DNA of 60,610 nt, counting the filler, from Dugesia japonica (Eukaryota): assembly GCA_001938525.1 (NCBI GenBank). It is 6 parts of 6 records of this genome, joined end to end, with 100 filler letters (N's around TTAATTAATTAA, not from the genome) between each part and the next. Parts side by side here need not be neighbours in the genome. Positions count along the whole stretch, not along the records: positions 1 to 9,864 come from MQRL01486902.1; positions 9,965 to 18,616 come from MQRL01576750.1; 4 more parts are not named here. The stretch is one strand, 5' to 3'. This document shows positions 1 through 13,621 of this stretch, one piece after another; within the stretch, counting starts at the first letter, position 1, and the number at the start of each line of letters is the position of its first letter. The notes beneath the pieces were generated by a model. That model was not told the DNA's origin. It made no database searches and saw nothing but the letters and a program-made list of their open reading frames with translations. A program made the translations under genes and the position numbers.

Positions 1-1219
1 TTAAATAATATTTTATTTTCATTATAAAAAAATTTCAATTAGCTAGTGATTCTATAAATGACATTTTGTAAGAATGAATAATTATTATTTCAATGTTGTT
101 TATATTTATTTTGTTTATATAATAATATCGATCGATTTTGAATATTATTTATAGTTTATCATATTTAGATTTATCTTTTGCCGACTAATTCTCGTTTAGA
201 AAATGTAAAACTATTTCCAATAGAAATTACTAAAACTTTAAAGTAATAAATTGTTTCTTGATTACCGTATTCCTTTCTATTTATAATATCAATAAAGTTT
301 ATTCTAAAAGTTTAATTTAAATTTGTTTTCCCATATTAAATATTCTGATTTGTTCAACTGTTGGTATTTTTTATTTCTCTGAAATTAATTCCGTCCAAAA
401 CCAATCTATCTTCCAAACTTATTTGATTCGTGACGCCTTAAATCAAAATATCGATCTATTATTATGCAAGTTTTTAATTTACAGGTTAATTATGCCGGTC
501 GTTACTTCTCATTACTTCTCTTTAATTACTTCCCTGAACTAGTTGTACCCCATAAAAAACGTATAAATTCTTCAACAATATATAATACAAATTTATCTAA
601 ATGCATGAGTCAATCGGTTGTTTTATTATTAAATTATGAGCATTTTTAATGTGTATCTGTAACAATTGACTGTTCTAAGATTAGTCTTCTTCTCAGCAAA
701 TACGGCCTTCCGCAGAGGTGGTAGTGCATATCGATATGAAATTGTATCGCACGAAATTTCTTTATCATATTATGTAGTACATTGCAACATAAATAAACTC
801 AATAATTTATACAAAAATATTAGTTCAAGATTATTCTTGTTAAATATGTCCAAAAATGTTGAATAAATTACTCAAAATACAGAAAAATATAATTAAATGT
901 GCAACAATCATATATGTTAGATGTTAGGTATATTGACTCTTTTACATATGATTCTAATTTATCTGAAAACATTTATTAAAAGAAAAATGAATTGAATTCT
1001 GAAATCTTCTGAAATACTAATAGCTAAATAATTATGGCCAGGAAGTAAAGAAAACAAATATTATAATAAAACTTCACAAATTATAAAATTATAAAATTTA
1101 ACAAGTAATAATTTTACCTCAATTGTTATTTCCAAAATTAGCTCCCCCAAAAAATGCATTATTAAAACCAAATTTGAAAAGCTCATTTAAATTAAATTAA
1201 GTTATCTATATTATTTTTA

Positions 1220-2360
1220 AACCATCTTGGTGCTGCGGCTATTTTGAATAACATTCTGTTAAAACAGTATAGCGATAGTTTTGTGGAGAACACTGTTTTT
1301 CCTAGGAGTTATTATTCAATTTCTCTTTATAATATACGTTCTCCTAGTCAATTGAGCTGGAATATGTTGTTCCACGCAATGCATCCAATATTTGGAAGCA
1401 ATCACATTCAATCTTCTGAAATCTAAACATAATTTAATGTCTTTCTTTACACAGCGGTTTATATTTTTGTTTTATCCATTTTCAAATAAATTTCTTAAAG
1501 CTTCATCTATCTTCCTTTTTAAATTAATTGGCTCTCTGTATTTATCTTATATTTAAAAGAATGCGTCTTACCCACTATTATTTTATTAGCCATGATCAAC
1601 GTCCGTGCTCTACACAACTCATTTAAATGTGGATTTTCACCTTATTTTATACTGGTGCTTGCATTATGCCAACGTTCTCCATATTCAATCTGCCTGCAAA
1701 AATTTACCTCTCAACTTCAAATATAGCTTATAAATTAATCTCTTTTCTATAGCTTAGTTTAAACCCAAATATATCTGAAACTTCTACCCTCCAATTATCT
1801 CAGGAATAATTCGTTTTTCTATTAAAAAGTAATCCGTTACGTTCTGTCACTTAATTGTACATCCCATAACACTTTAGCGATTGTTTCCAACGTGCTATCA
1901 TTTGTACATCGTAAATTCATATTATACTCATCTAACTGTTAACCACTCAGTCTCTTTCAACTTTCTACATTCAATACATTAATTTCTGTATTTATTTTCT
2001 ATCCATTTGTATACAAATATACACCCTACCGTGATATCTATTATACGTAGTTGTCACATTTACATTTACTGATTTCACTTTTCCCCAAATGACTCTACAT
2101 AAATTTGTAAACTTTCTATCTTATCGCCTTCACATTTTTCCGACTTTCCATACCTTGGAGATTTTCTGTCGACCTTCCTTTTAATATACGGATCCAACTA
2201 GCTTCTCTACTGTCGAAGCTATCACGTTTGGGTAACCAATGCATTGTTTTATTATATCAGCTACTTATTTTTCTTCCAGGTTACATTCAACTGTTTTTAT
2301 CTGTTGTTTCGATCACCTTTATTAAATAGTAGATGCACATTATCCTTGTTGTCCACCAAT
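1220..2360 (-). mobile_element. Ty3/Gypsy gag-pro-RT remnant (frameshifted)
   Basis: Manual minus-strand translation gives LRCTNDSTLETIAKV, IIPEIIGG, YREPINLKRKIDEALRNLFENG, DFRRLN, LDALRGTTYSSSID, EKTVFST and KIAAAP, collinear with the Gypsy copy at 47.1-50.4 kb. Confidence 0.85.
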
Positions 2361-3390
2361 ATCAATAATTGAAGAAAATATCAAAAAATTAAAAAAACTA
2401 ATTAAAAGCAAATCATTAAGTTTATGTGAAAATGCTGGCATATAAATAGAGTGAGTAGACGTATTTTTTACTGATGTTTTAAGTTAGAAGCGTTTGACAG
2501 CAACAATCGCGATAACACACTGTTCACAATGATGTGATCAATTGTAGGTTTATCACCAAGTATTCAATAAATATTGCCATGCAAGCTCCATATTCACTAT
2601 ATATATTGATATACGAATTTGTCCAGTTCAGACGATTAAAATGCCTCATTTTTGTCAGTAGAATTATTAAAACAAAAATGAAGGATTTGCTGACGGAAAT
2701 GTAACAAATGAATGAAAAATGTTTTGGAGATTGCATTCAAAGTTGGTAAATAATGATCTAAAAATTTGAAGTTAATTAATTAATTTAAATAGATAAAATA
2801 TTCTAGCAATATTTTATTTTAATATGTTGTATAAAGTAATTGGAAATTAATTATTCAAAGGTATTAAGTTAAAATACCAATATTATAATTTCTTAATATT
2901 TTATGAATTTTTAAAATTTTTTTCGAAATACTTTATCGTTTATTACTTTTAAAATATAATAAAAATTTTCAAAAATTAGATGAGTCTGTAACACTCATCT
3001 TTGCATTTAAAAATCAACACGTATCATTTTCAAAATCTATTTTAAAACACAAGACCGTAAAAANNNNNNNNNNNNNNNNNNNNNNNNNNNNNNNNNNNNN
3101 NNNNNNNNNNNNNNNNNNNNNNNNNNNNNNNNNNNNNNNNNNNNNNNNNNNNNNNNNNNNNNNNNNNNNNNNNNNNNNNNNAAAATCTAGAAAATTATCA
3201 TTGTTATAACATTTTAAAATTGTAAAATCAACCAGAACTTTTTAATAAAATTTAAGAAAAATTTCATTCTAAAAGATTTTAATACAAATTAAATTCAGTT
3301 TAAATTATTTTTAAAAATTACATCAAAGTATTTACTTCTACGTTTATTTGAAAATTATTCCAAAAATTATTTTTTTGAATTAAATCATTT

Positions 3391-3509
3391 GGATAAGTGT
3401 TCAAAAGGACACAAATATTAAAGACCAGCCAACTTTGGTTTCAAGAAGATCCACATTTTGAATAAAGCAAGCCGATTCAAATAAAAGGTCAGTACAATAA
3501 TTTCCCGCA
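3391..3509 (+). repeat. 119-bp direct duplicate of the Gypsy gag segment at 4352-4469
   Basis: ggataagtgttcaaaagg...aatttcccgca occurs at 3391-3509 and 4352-4469 with only a few differences. Confidence 0.95.
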
Positions 3510-3697
3510 TTAATTTAAAATTATTTATTAAAACATAATTTTCAAATATTGAAATTTTTAAATTTTTAAACTTTTTAATGAAGTTAGGTAAATTATTCTT
3601 AATTATTTGAATTATTATTATTATTTAAATTATTATTATTTAATTATTATTTGAATTTTAATAAATCAATATTTATGGAAGAATTTTGTGTTCTAAC

Positions 3698-6600
3698 TGG
3701 CAACCACATTACAGTGAACACGATGACAAAGAAAGAAAAAGATGATAGACAAAATATTTTTGGTTGAAATTACCGTCTTTAACTGAGACGTTGCTAATTC
3801 CAAAACCGAGTTTCTTTAATGGATACAGCTAAAGTGTGGCTTCAAACAACAAAAGAGATCACATCGTTCAATCAGATGGAATTATCGTTTGCGTTTGATA
3901 TGCTAATACGCCACGATGCTAAGGAATTGTGATTGGAAAAAGAAGTTGAGAAATGATCTAATGAAATTTGTGAACGTTTGTTTCAAGAATCCTTCATAAT
4001 TCAGGAAACATTGGTTAATAAAGTGTCGACCTTGTCAAAAATAATGGAGAAACCAAATCAAAAATATCAAAATTTTGAAAGTTAAGTTCAAAAGCTAGTT
4101 GAGTAAAAGTATTTTCAAGTAAAATGTTATTAGATGAAACAGTTACATTGTTTATAACTAATGGCATACGGAGCAAAACGTTGAAGGAATCATGTGTCCC
4201 CCGATCAGAGTTAAAAGATATCCAACGAAGAGAATTGGCTACTAAATTAAATAACCTTATACCAGCACACTCTGTAAGTAAGGTGAGAGAAAGTTATGTG
4301 ATTCATTAATAAAGAATATACATCAATCCAAACTTTAAAAGGAACTCCATAGGATAAGTGTTCAAAAGGACACAAATATTAAAGACCAGCCAACTTGATT
4401 TCAAGAAGATCCACATTTTGAATAAAGCGAGCCGATTCAAATAAAAAGTCAGTACAATAATTTCCCGCAGTATTCTTTAAAACTCTAGCAAATAAACTAT
4501 ATTTTAAAGCTTAAAGGAAGATACCACCTTAAAACAAAATTCTATAGACAGGAGTATGTTTTTGCTGTTGAGAAATTACTCATAGAAGGGTGAATTTTCC
4601 ATTGAAAGGAGAATGTTTAATTTATTGAAGAAAAGGTCATAGTTTTTGGGGTTGTTTAATAATTCGAGTAAAATAGTTTTTGGTGTATTGCAGAAGTGGA
4701 TGATAATCAGTCCTGTACAAGGTAATCGATAGATTATACACATGATGTCCCTACAGACGATGATGATATAAAATACGATTTACGACCCACTGCATCAACC
4801 TCATCAGCGAGGTTGCAATAATCGATCGTAAAACCAGAGATACGAGAATGATATTTGACAGAAAGAAAGTATTTCAGAAGAAAGATGGAAAAGAATGGAG
4901 TATAATGCAGTGTAATGGATATAACGTTGAAATGTTATAGGATTCAGGAGTATCAATATCAGTAATAATGTCAGACGTTTGGAGAAGAATTGGTTTACCG
5001 GCGTTATCGCAGTTGCCGATTATATTATCAGGAGTTTTTTCAGAGAAAAGAGAAACATGTATTGGTAAAACTAAATTACATTGACATTGGTATGGGAAAC
5101 GAAGAGAAAAAGAAGTAGTAATTGTCAAAGTTATTAGTCTCAAATTTATTAGGGGTATTGATATGATGAGAATATTTGGAATGACAATAATCGAAGTTGA
5201 TTTTATTGATTCAAAGAATGTTGTAGACCCAGTTGTCAAAAATCTAAAAAGAGTGAAAAATGTTCCAAATATTCAAAAGAATGTCAATCAAGAAATTAAA
5301 AAACTGATAGAGGAATACGTAGAGATATTTATGACATCAAAATTTGATCTTGGATTTACAAAAATAATGCAACATTACATTGAATCAAAAGGAGAGATAA
5401 TAATGTTAATTCTTAGAAGACAACCAATTCATTTTGAAAGCAAAATTGATGAGTTATTGAAAAATCTTAGAAAAGCAAATATTATCGAGAGTTGCATAAG
5501 TTTGTGAATGTTGGAAATTGTTGGTTATTGTAATTATTGATAATTGTACCGAAGAAATACGGAACAATAAGAATATGTCTGGAATTTTGGAAATTAAATT
5601 CAATTACAGAGAAATACTCTTTTTTAGTACCTGATATTCAACTAAATTTAGACACACTTGGTGGGTCAATTTTATTTTCATCGCTAGATTTGGCACAAAC
5701 ACACCATCAAATTGAGTTAAGTGAAGAATAGAATTTGAAAACAGCTTTTAGTACAAAGGTTGTGTAATTTCTTTTAATAACATGCCATTTGGATTGTGCA
5801 CTGCACCAGCAACTTTCCAAAGTTTGATCCATCAATTATTCGATGAAATGTTGTTTAGAAAAGTACTAGTAGACTTGATATATGGACGAACTCAACAAAA
5901 ACATGATGAATGAGTTAATAAAGTAATTTTTTACTCAAACAAGCAGGTTGAAAAATAAATCCAGATAAATGCATATTCAATTCTGAGAAATTGCAATTTT
6001 TGGGCCATACAATTAGTGCTAATGGAGTAGAGACAAATGACGATACTATCAGGAAAATGCGTGAAGCGAAAATATTAAAATGTACCACACAAATACGGAA
6101 CTTTATAGGTTTAACCAATTACAGGCGGTTTATAAAAGACTACGCTCTCATTGCAGCACAACTATATGCAGCCACTGCAGGCCATGGAAAGAACATTGAA
6201 TGGACAAACGAATTTGAGGATAGTTTTCATATGTTAAAGATTAAGTTATGTAATGCATCTATCTTGGCTTTTCCAAATGATAAAAGTGAAATTATATCAG
6301 ATACATATGACCGTTTTCTAGCAATTGGAGGAGTTTTAAGCCAAGTTACAAGCGATGGGTTAGAACGAGTAATAGCTTAGGGTTTTTGCACATTAAATGA
6401 TCATGAAAAAGGATATTGCGTAACTCGCTAGGAGTTATTGGCATTGCACGAGTTTTTGGTGTATTTCAAATATTATTTATACGGGAAAGAATTTAGAGCA
6501 AGAATAGATCATAAAGCTCTGACACTTATGACAAAGACGAGTAAATTTATTAGTTTTCAGTTCCGAACAGTGATAACAAATTTATTAGAATTTAATTTTG

Positions 6601-7180
6601 ATCTTGAATTCGTCACATCAAGATGCCAAGGAAGAACGAGCTCGGGTTAAAAGAATCAATGTCATAGATAAAATAAATTTGATAAAAGTTTTAAGAAATA
6701 CAAAGAAACGATCTTGTTACAAGAGAAAATATTGAATATATAGAAAAAGAAAAAAGTGGTAGTAAGCTGAGCGCTATGATAACGAAAAGTAAATATTTTT
6801 CCCAAATGGATATATTTGAGATGAATGATGAACTGTTAATTATCAATGAAAATGACAAAAGGAAAATAGTACTTACATGGCAAACGATTCCGAACTTATT
6901 GATTTCATTCAGGAGGAATTATGTATTATAGGAGATCAAAAGTTAATTTTGGCCAAACATGAAACGGATTGTAGAACACAAAAGAGTGTCTGATCCCAAG
7001 AACAGAAATTGGACCTTTATAACAGGTTGTCATGTATACTGCCCTTTTTTCCGAAGCACAAACTAAGAAAAATATGTTTTCCTCATTGTTGACAGGTTGA
7101 GTAAGTTAATTTCTTTTGTAGCATTGAATAAACATGATGAAAAGTTAGTTGTTGATGCGATAAAAGAGTAGTAGATATAA
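3698..7180 (+). mobile_element. Decayed Ty3/Gypsy LTR retrotransposon internal region (PBS-gag-PR-RT-RH-IN)
   Basis: PBS-like TGGCAACCAC at 3698; degenerate CCHC knuckles ~4555-4655; protease L*DSGVSISV ~4935; RT motifs IRICLEFWKLN, SLDLAQTHHQI, MPFGLCTAPATFQ and FLGHTIS; RNase H motifs AIGGVLSQ and FKYYLYGKEFRARIDHKAL; eroded integrase to ~7170. Many stops and frameshifts. Confidence 0.93.
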
Positions 7181-7605
7181 CTAGTGGATTAATAAGTTTT
7201 AGTCATTAAATATTTGCTTTTTACGATGTAAATAATAATTTTTCTGTACAATATAATTCTAATTACTGCTCATCACGTTTATATTTTATAAAAGTTTTTA
7301 TTTCAAAGTCAGTTATTTTTATATATCATCTATACTATCTTATTTTAAATTATATTTATATTGTATTATATTATATTTGGTATTGTAAATGTCTAAATTG
7401 TATTAAATATACTGAAATACTTATTTATATGTTTATAATTGTTTATATGACCAATATCGTTCCATTTTAAAGAAATCTAAAAATATTGGAATTTACTTGT
7501 TCTAAGTTTAAAACTATTCATTAATCTTATTATTAATAATTATCTATTTTCAGTAATAAAATGTCTTAAATGTTTATGAAGTTCTAAATAATTTAGATTC
7601 AACAT

Positions 7606-7606
7606 T

Positions 7607-7646
<40 letters not shown>

Positions 7647-7685
7647 TAATAATAATAATGATACTATTAATAATAATAATACTAT
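7606..7685. repeat. (AAT)n microsatellite, imperfect
   Basis: Direct reading. Confidence 0.9.
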
Positions 7686-8079
7686 TGTTGTGAATGTGAT
7701 TTAAAAAAACAAATTTATTCTATTACATAATCAGTATACATATAACAAACATATCATTTGGCATAATACATAATCATACCCATAACATTTAGTATTACAA
7801 TACACAATTACCATATTACATAATAACTACTATTATCATTATTATTCTTATTTTATGATTATGTACAATTTAGTTTTTAATCTAAAGAGTTGTTACACTT
7901 TTTATTATAAACAAAAGACTAAATATTTCTTAACTTATTATTAAGATTTACATAATGAATACACAAAAAACAAAATAACAAAAAGATAAAATTTGTTTCA
8001 ACATTTAAACATAAAATTACAAGAAATGGTCAAATAATCATCGTATTCATATTCGTCTTCCTTTTCTTACTCTTCTGGA

Positions 8080-8175
8080 CACTAAAGTAGTGAGGTATTC
8101 TCATCTGCCTGTGCATAATACCTGTTTACAAGAGTAATCCCACCACGACTTTTTAATTCAAATAGACGATGCATT
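8080..8175 (-). mobile_element. Possible short Polinton/Maverick pPolB fragment
   Basis: Reads MHRLFELKSRGGITLVNRYYAQADE, resembling the pPolB FE..IRGG...NKRYA.A motif and the matching region of the 19-20 kb copy. Confidence 0.4.
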
Positions 8176-8614
8176 TATACCTGCTTTTTAATTAAATTGA
8201 AACAGTAAAACAAAATCAATATTCTAAATATTATTAATTTTTAATATTATTATTGTTATTATAATAATTATTATTACTATCAGTCTGTATATATATATAT
8301 ATAAACTATGATATATTTAGATGAAATTAGTTTTATTGACTATATGTAATTTATACATGACTTAGCAGATTTTACATCTGTCTCTATGTAATATACATAT
8401 GTTTTAATGAAATATGTCTATGAATTATTGAAAATATTGAACATAGTGTATTTTTGTGATCATTTGTATATGATATTATAAGAATTATCACATTTAATGC
8501 ATAATCTTTAAAAATTTGTATGATACTTAATAAAATTTGTCATTTAATCAAAATGGAATGAATCTTATATGCAATTATTGCATGTTTTTGGTAAATTTAT
8601 GAAAGCTTTCCTCT

Positions 8615-8875
8615 ACTTCTAGTAAATATTTAATTATTTTTTCATTGTTTTACATAGGAATTTGAATACTTTATCGACATTTTTTAATATTCTAAAAAAA
8701 TGTTTATAGGCTTCTAGTAAATTTTATTAAAATTTTTATGACATCTAGTAAATTTGTGAAATATTTATAAACGTCTAGAAATTTCAAGACGATTTTCTAT
8801 ACTTTTTGTAAATATTCGATAATTTTCATCGACATCTAGAAAATGTTTGAAAAATTGCCTCTACGTCTAGTTAAT
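8615..8875. repeat. Degenerate ~30-bp minisatellite (tctagtaaat core)
   Basis: Recurrent tctagtaaat/tctagaaa motifs at roughly 30-bp spacing. Confidence 0.6.
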
Positions 8876-9443
8876 ATTTGATGTGATAAAGATTAACCCT
8901 AACTCTAACTCTCACTCTAATATTACCACATGACACCTATAAGCTCATGAAAATAATAAACTTTCATTAAGAGCCTAAAAATTCTGTATAAAACCATACA
9001 AAACCCTATAAAACTTTAAATTCCATATAAAACGATATAAAACCATGACAAAACCAAAGAAATATTCATTTATAAAACCCTAAAAATAATATAAATTCAA
9101 AAAAACCTATAAAAAACCACACAAAACTTTATTATTAAATCACTCAAAACCTTACAAAATCATAAAAATCTTTTAAACTTATACAGCCATAGAGAGTGGA
9201 TACTTGCCAATAGAAATTATATACCTGAAGTATGAATTTTCACACCATAATGTAAATAATGCAATCTCACACTTTAGATCTAGATTTTTTTCATACCTAT
9301 TCTGTTCTGAGGTAAAACTAGCGATGAGCCTCAATAATAACATATATTTTTACTTGTAAACTTTCCTATTTTACGCGTTAAGTTTCACACTTAAAGCAGG
9401 ATTCAATCGTAAACTAATTAATTTTGATGGTATAGAAAACGCT

Positions 9444-9785
9444 ATGAACTTTTTAAAGGAAACGAATCTGCAGACGTATGAATTGAATTATCCCACGATT
9501 GAATCCTGCTCATCAAGAGAACATAGTGTAATAGAAACTGGTGCATCTGTAATTCAATGTCTAATGCAATCTTATAAGATATCGGATAGTACAGGTATGA
9601 TATCTAATTTCTATATAGATAGTCTAGATGATTATATTAAAGGATTACCTAATGATCCAGTTGATGTCAATTCCATTGATCCATCGGTATATTTTTCAAA
9701 TACAACAACAGAATATTTTTTATTGGATAAGTTGAAAAAGCTTAATGATTTTTATGTATATTGTTGTTGTTGTTTTTTAAAGTAA
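9444..9785 (+). other. Unassigned 113-aa ORF, possibly an exon or pseudogene piece
   Basis: Non-low-complexity ORF in very AT-rich DNA; the frame stays open a little upstream. No family recognised. Confidence 0.3.
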
Positions 9786-9864
9786 TAATGAATGGGTTTT
9801 TATTGAATTGTCTTTTAAATTAATTTACTTACAAATTTGATATTTGTGAAACACACACATTGTA

Positions 9865-9964
9865 NNNNNNNNNNNNNNNNNNNNNNNNNNNNNNNNNNNN
9901 NNNNNNNNTTAATTAATTAANNNNNNNNNNNNNNNNNNNNNNNNNNNNNNNNNNNNNNNNNNNN
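9865..9964. other. Artificial scaffold spacer N44-TTAATTAATTAA-N44
   Basis: The same 100-bp six-frame-stop linker recurs at 18617-18716, 31458-31557, 41650-41749 and 50827-50926. Confidence 0.97.
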
Positions 9965-10035
9965 TTTAATGAAATCTCAAATCCGATCAATGGTTAAGTC
10001 CAACAATTATTCTCACAATAATTGTAATTATTAAA
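9965..10035 (+). repeat. Copy of the dispersed Penelope-like/HHR repeat family (3' part)
   Basis: ttttaatgaaatctcaaat..gatcaatggttaagtccaacaattattctc matches 19003-19055 and, reversed, 11500-11570 and 44175-44230. Confidence 0.85.
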
Positions 10036-11153
10036 AGATGTAATACTATTTTAATTCTTTTAACAACATATATCTAGATTGACCTTCTACCAAATATAAC
10101 ACTAGTTGATTAAAACGTTTTCCACGTAGCTGAACAACATAAATCCTTAGATTTATTGTTGTTTATATTTCCAATTTGTTTTGATCGTAAATTTAAAAAT
10201 GAAATATAAAACAATAAATGGAGATGTATATTATTTTATTTAATTATTAAAGTTATTAGATATATAATACCATTTTAAATAAATATAATTTTAATAATTG
10301 TTTCTTCATATTCATATCTTTTTATAGAAATTAAATAAAATAAAAAATACAAAGTAAAAAATAGTAAATAAAAAAAACTAAATAAAAATGTTTATAAAAT
10401 TAATAAAATACTCAAATAAATATAGATAATTAAATAAATATATTTGATAGCGTTAAAGAAAACTTTTAAATTCCAAATTAAATGATAAATTCGTAATCCC
10501 CCAATTTCTGAGCAAACATTTCTTTACAAATTGCAAATTTATATTTTACTTGATTATTTTTTTTATTATTTTTTTTTAATATGAGGACTTCAAAAATGTA
10601 GTTTACAATAAATTAAAAAAAAACCATTCAATAAAATGAAATTTATCTAACTCTAAAAATTATCGACATAGCAACATGGACAGCAATTCATTGAAGTACT
10701 TTTATTGCTGTTCTGAAATCCAGACAATGCCGAAATAATGGAATAGCATTAGTAGAGATTAACATAATCCATACACACTGAAATATTTAAATAAATGTCA
10801 AGTCTTAAACGGGAAAATCATTTCATGAACATTTAATATTAATAAAATATAAAATAAAATAGTTGATGATGAAAAGTAAATGACAGCTTGAATCATAAAA
10901 ATTTCAACAAATCCATTCTGCAAAATTATTGATATTAATTTGAGAGAATTATTAAACTGGTTTAGCGAAATTTAGAAAAAAAAATAAAATTCCAAATCGA
11001 AAGTTTTATTATCTTGTGAACTGTACTTCACTTATTTCAATAACGATTTTCATTATAATTACCATGAGTAATTTTCATCTTTTTTGGAAAAATTAAGGAA
11101 AGTTTTCGAACTAATTTAACTAATTACTGATGATGTAAATTGATAACTTTTTA

Positions 11154-11217
<64 letters not shown>

Positions 11218-11354
11218 NNNNNNNNNNNNNNNNNNNNNNNNNNNNNNNNNNNNNNNNNNNNNNNNNNNNNNNNNNNNNNNNNNNNNNNNNNNNNNNNNNN
11301 NNNNNNNNNNNNNNNNNNNNNNNNNNNNNNNNNNNNNNNNNNNNNNNNNNNNNN

Positions 11355-11416
<62 letters not shown>

Positions 11417-11430
11417 AATAATATTAAAAA
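11154..11430. repeat. (AAT)n microsatellite spanning an N gap
   Basis: Direct reading. Similar gapped tracts at 12158-12372, 13554-13620, 31558-31621, 42877-43130 and 45684-45751. Confidence 0.95.
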
Positions 11431-11499
11431 TAATAAAAGTAATTATTATTACTATTATTTCTATTATTATAAATATTATAAATTAAAATACAAATGTTT

Positions 11500-11665
11500 T
11501 ACAATAGCAATTATTGCGAGAATAATTGTTGGACATAACTATTGATCGTTTTGTAGAATTCATTTAATATAAAAGCTTTGATCAAAATTTTCGTTTTTTT
11601 ATTGATATTGGATATTAATTCGATATTTCGACCTTGTCTTTGTCAGGAATTGACTTCCAGCAGAT
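11500..11665 (-). repeat. Dispersed repeat with a degenerate hammerhead-ribozyme core (Penelope pLTR-like)
   Basis: Minus strand reads CTGACAA-A-GAC-aag-GTC-GAAA-TATCG-loop-CAATA-TC, then the family 3' body, then (ATT)n. Confidence 0.6.
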
Positions 11666-12199
11666 GCAATTATAGTGACAATTTGAAACATTTGATTTTA
11701 ATGTAGTCTCCTTGCTTTGGTCTGGATCATCATTGTTAATGGTAAGAACTAATCTTGTAATGTTCCCATTGTTAGTTCTTCTTCACGACTCATTTGCTGA
11801 GCGTATTTTTTTGTTTTATTATTATTCTTTATTATTATTCTTTCTACCTTTACAAAGATTTTCAATGTATACGTTTCTGCTTATTTTAAACAGTTTGTTC
11901 GGTTTTAAATTTATCTCTAACTTAAATGATGATAAGTCTCGTAGGTGGATCTCTTTGAAACTCCATCATAAACATAAATAAAATATATAGACTTCTTTTT
12001 TATTACAATATCTAAACAAACAATAAAAGAATCATTAAAAATAATATGAAATAAACAGAAAATCTTTAATTTTGTTATAAGTCCAAAAATAATTAGTTGG
12101 TAAAGAAAATAAAATAATTCCTGAAAATGAAATTCATTTTAAAAAAAACGGACTTTATAATTATTATTATTATTATCATTATTATAATTACTATTATTA

Positions 12200-12254
<55 letters not shown>

Positions 12255-12304
12255 NNNNNNNNNNNNNNNNNNNNNNNNNNNNNNNNNNNNNNNNNNNNNN
12301 NNNN

Positions 12305-12347
<43 letters not shown>

Positions 12348-13553
12348 ATTATTATTATTATTATTATTATTAGTAGTAGTAGTATTTATATTAAAAATTT
12401 GATGAATAAGTTTTTTTTTCATCAAAATCAAATGCAATATAGAATTGCATATATGGCAATATCATGACAATGTGACATAATCTAAGTAGTGATGTATAAT
12501 CAAGTCAATGACGCTGCTACGTAGGCTGTTGTCTAGGCTTTTATTCAAAAAGATTATAAACAAATAAAGAAATATGAAAATTCAAATTTATTAGATAATT
12601 TAATATTCTAAGTTATATAGAATTATAGAATATTGCGAATATTAGTGAACATATTGAAGTTTTCAATTTAAATTATCTGGAACGATTCATGAGACAAATA
12701 TGGATTAAATAAAAACAAATTAAAATGAATAAAAATATGGAGAAATGTGACTTTATAATTTTATGTTGAACGTTGCTTGAAAAACAATTATAGACTATAA
12801 TGAAAAATACATAAAAATGGTTAATAAATCTCAATGTTCAAATTTATCAATATTTTATTTAGATGCAAATTTTGAGATGTATCATGTCACATTAAATCTT
12901 CATAATATGTTTCTTTAAAAAATTTGTCAATCCAGAATCTTTAAAAAAATATAAATAATTTTCATTTATTTTATATTTCAGATTTATTAAGAAAATATAA
13001 AGTTTTATACAGCATTTTTGTAGACGACTTTGATTTCAATTATCCACAAAATATGTATTTAAATTTTTTTGGCTTCAAATTTTTTAATTATTTATTTTAT
13101 CATTTAAATTTATTAAAAAATTATCTGTATTAATTATAATTAATTAATATAAGATAATTAATTATTTAAATATTTAACTATTAATTAATTAAAATGTCTT
13201 TTAAAATGAAAAAATCAAAAAAATTCGCAATTTACAAGATTTAATATTAAATAATTTCTTAAATAAAAATTAATTTTAATCATAGATTAATTTAATGAAA
13301 TCTNNNNNNNNNNNNNNNNNNNNNNNNNNNNNNNNNNNNNNNNNNNNNNNNNNNNNNNNNNNNNNNNNNNNNNNNNNNNNNNNNNNNNNNNNNNNNNNNN
13401 NNNNNNNNNNNNNNNNNNNNNNNNNNNNNNNNNNNNNNNNNNNNNNNNNNNNNNNNNNNNNNNNNNNNNNNNNNNNNNNNNNNNNNNNNNNNNNNNNNNN
13501 NNNNNNNNNNNNNNNNNNNNNNNNNNNNNNNNNNNNNNNNNNNNNNNNNNNNN

Positions 13554-13621
<68 letters not shown>

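Noticed and set aside
400-860. Continuation of the minus-strand Gypsy (HYHLCGRPYLLR, RNase H-like)
   Set aside because: A single weak motif, too eroded to call.
2524-2736. 70-aa minus-strand ORF as a GPCR-like fragment
   Set aside because: Only generic hydrophobicity; no diagnostic motif or clear exon boundaries.
4874-5239. Antisense ORFs over transposon genes (also 28081-28548, 36554-36988, 46144-46601, 49281-49577, 54955-55281)
   Set aside because: Shadow ORFs opposite recognised Gypsy, RLE or mariner coding strands.
9909-9920. Recurring TTAATTAATTAA at ~9-13 kb spacing as a biological motif
   Set aside because: Always centred between 44-N blocks; it is an artificial linker.
12093-12437. 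Poly-I/L/N/Y ORFs here and at 13287-13640, 42861-43130 and 45666-45901
   Set aside because: Translations of (AAT)n microsatellites and N gaps.
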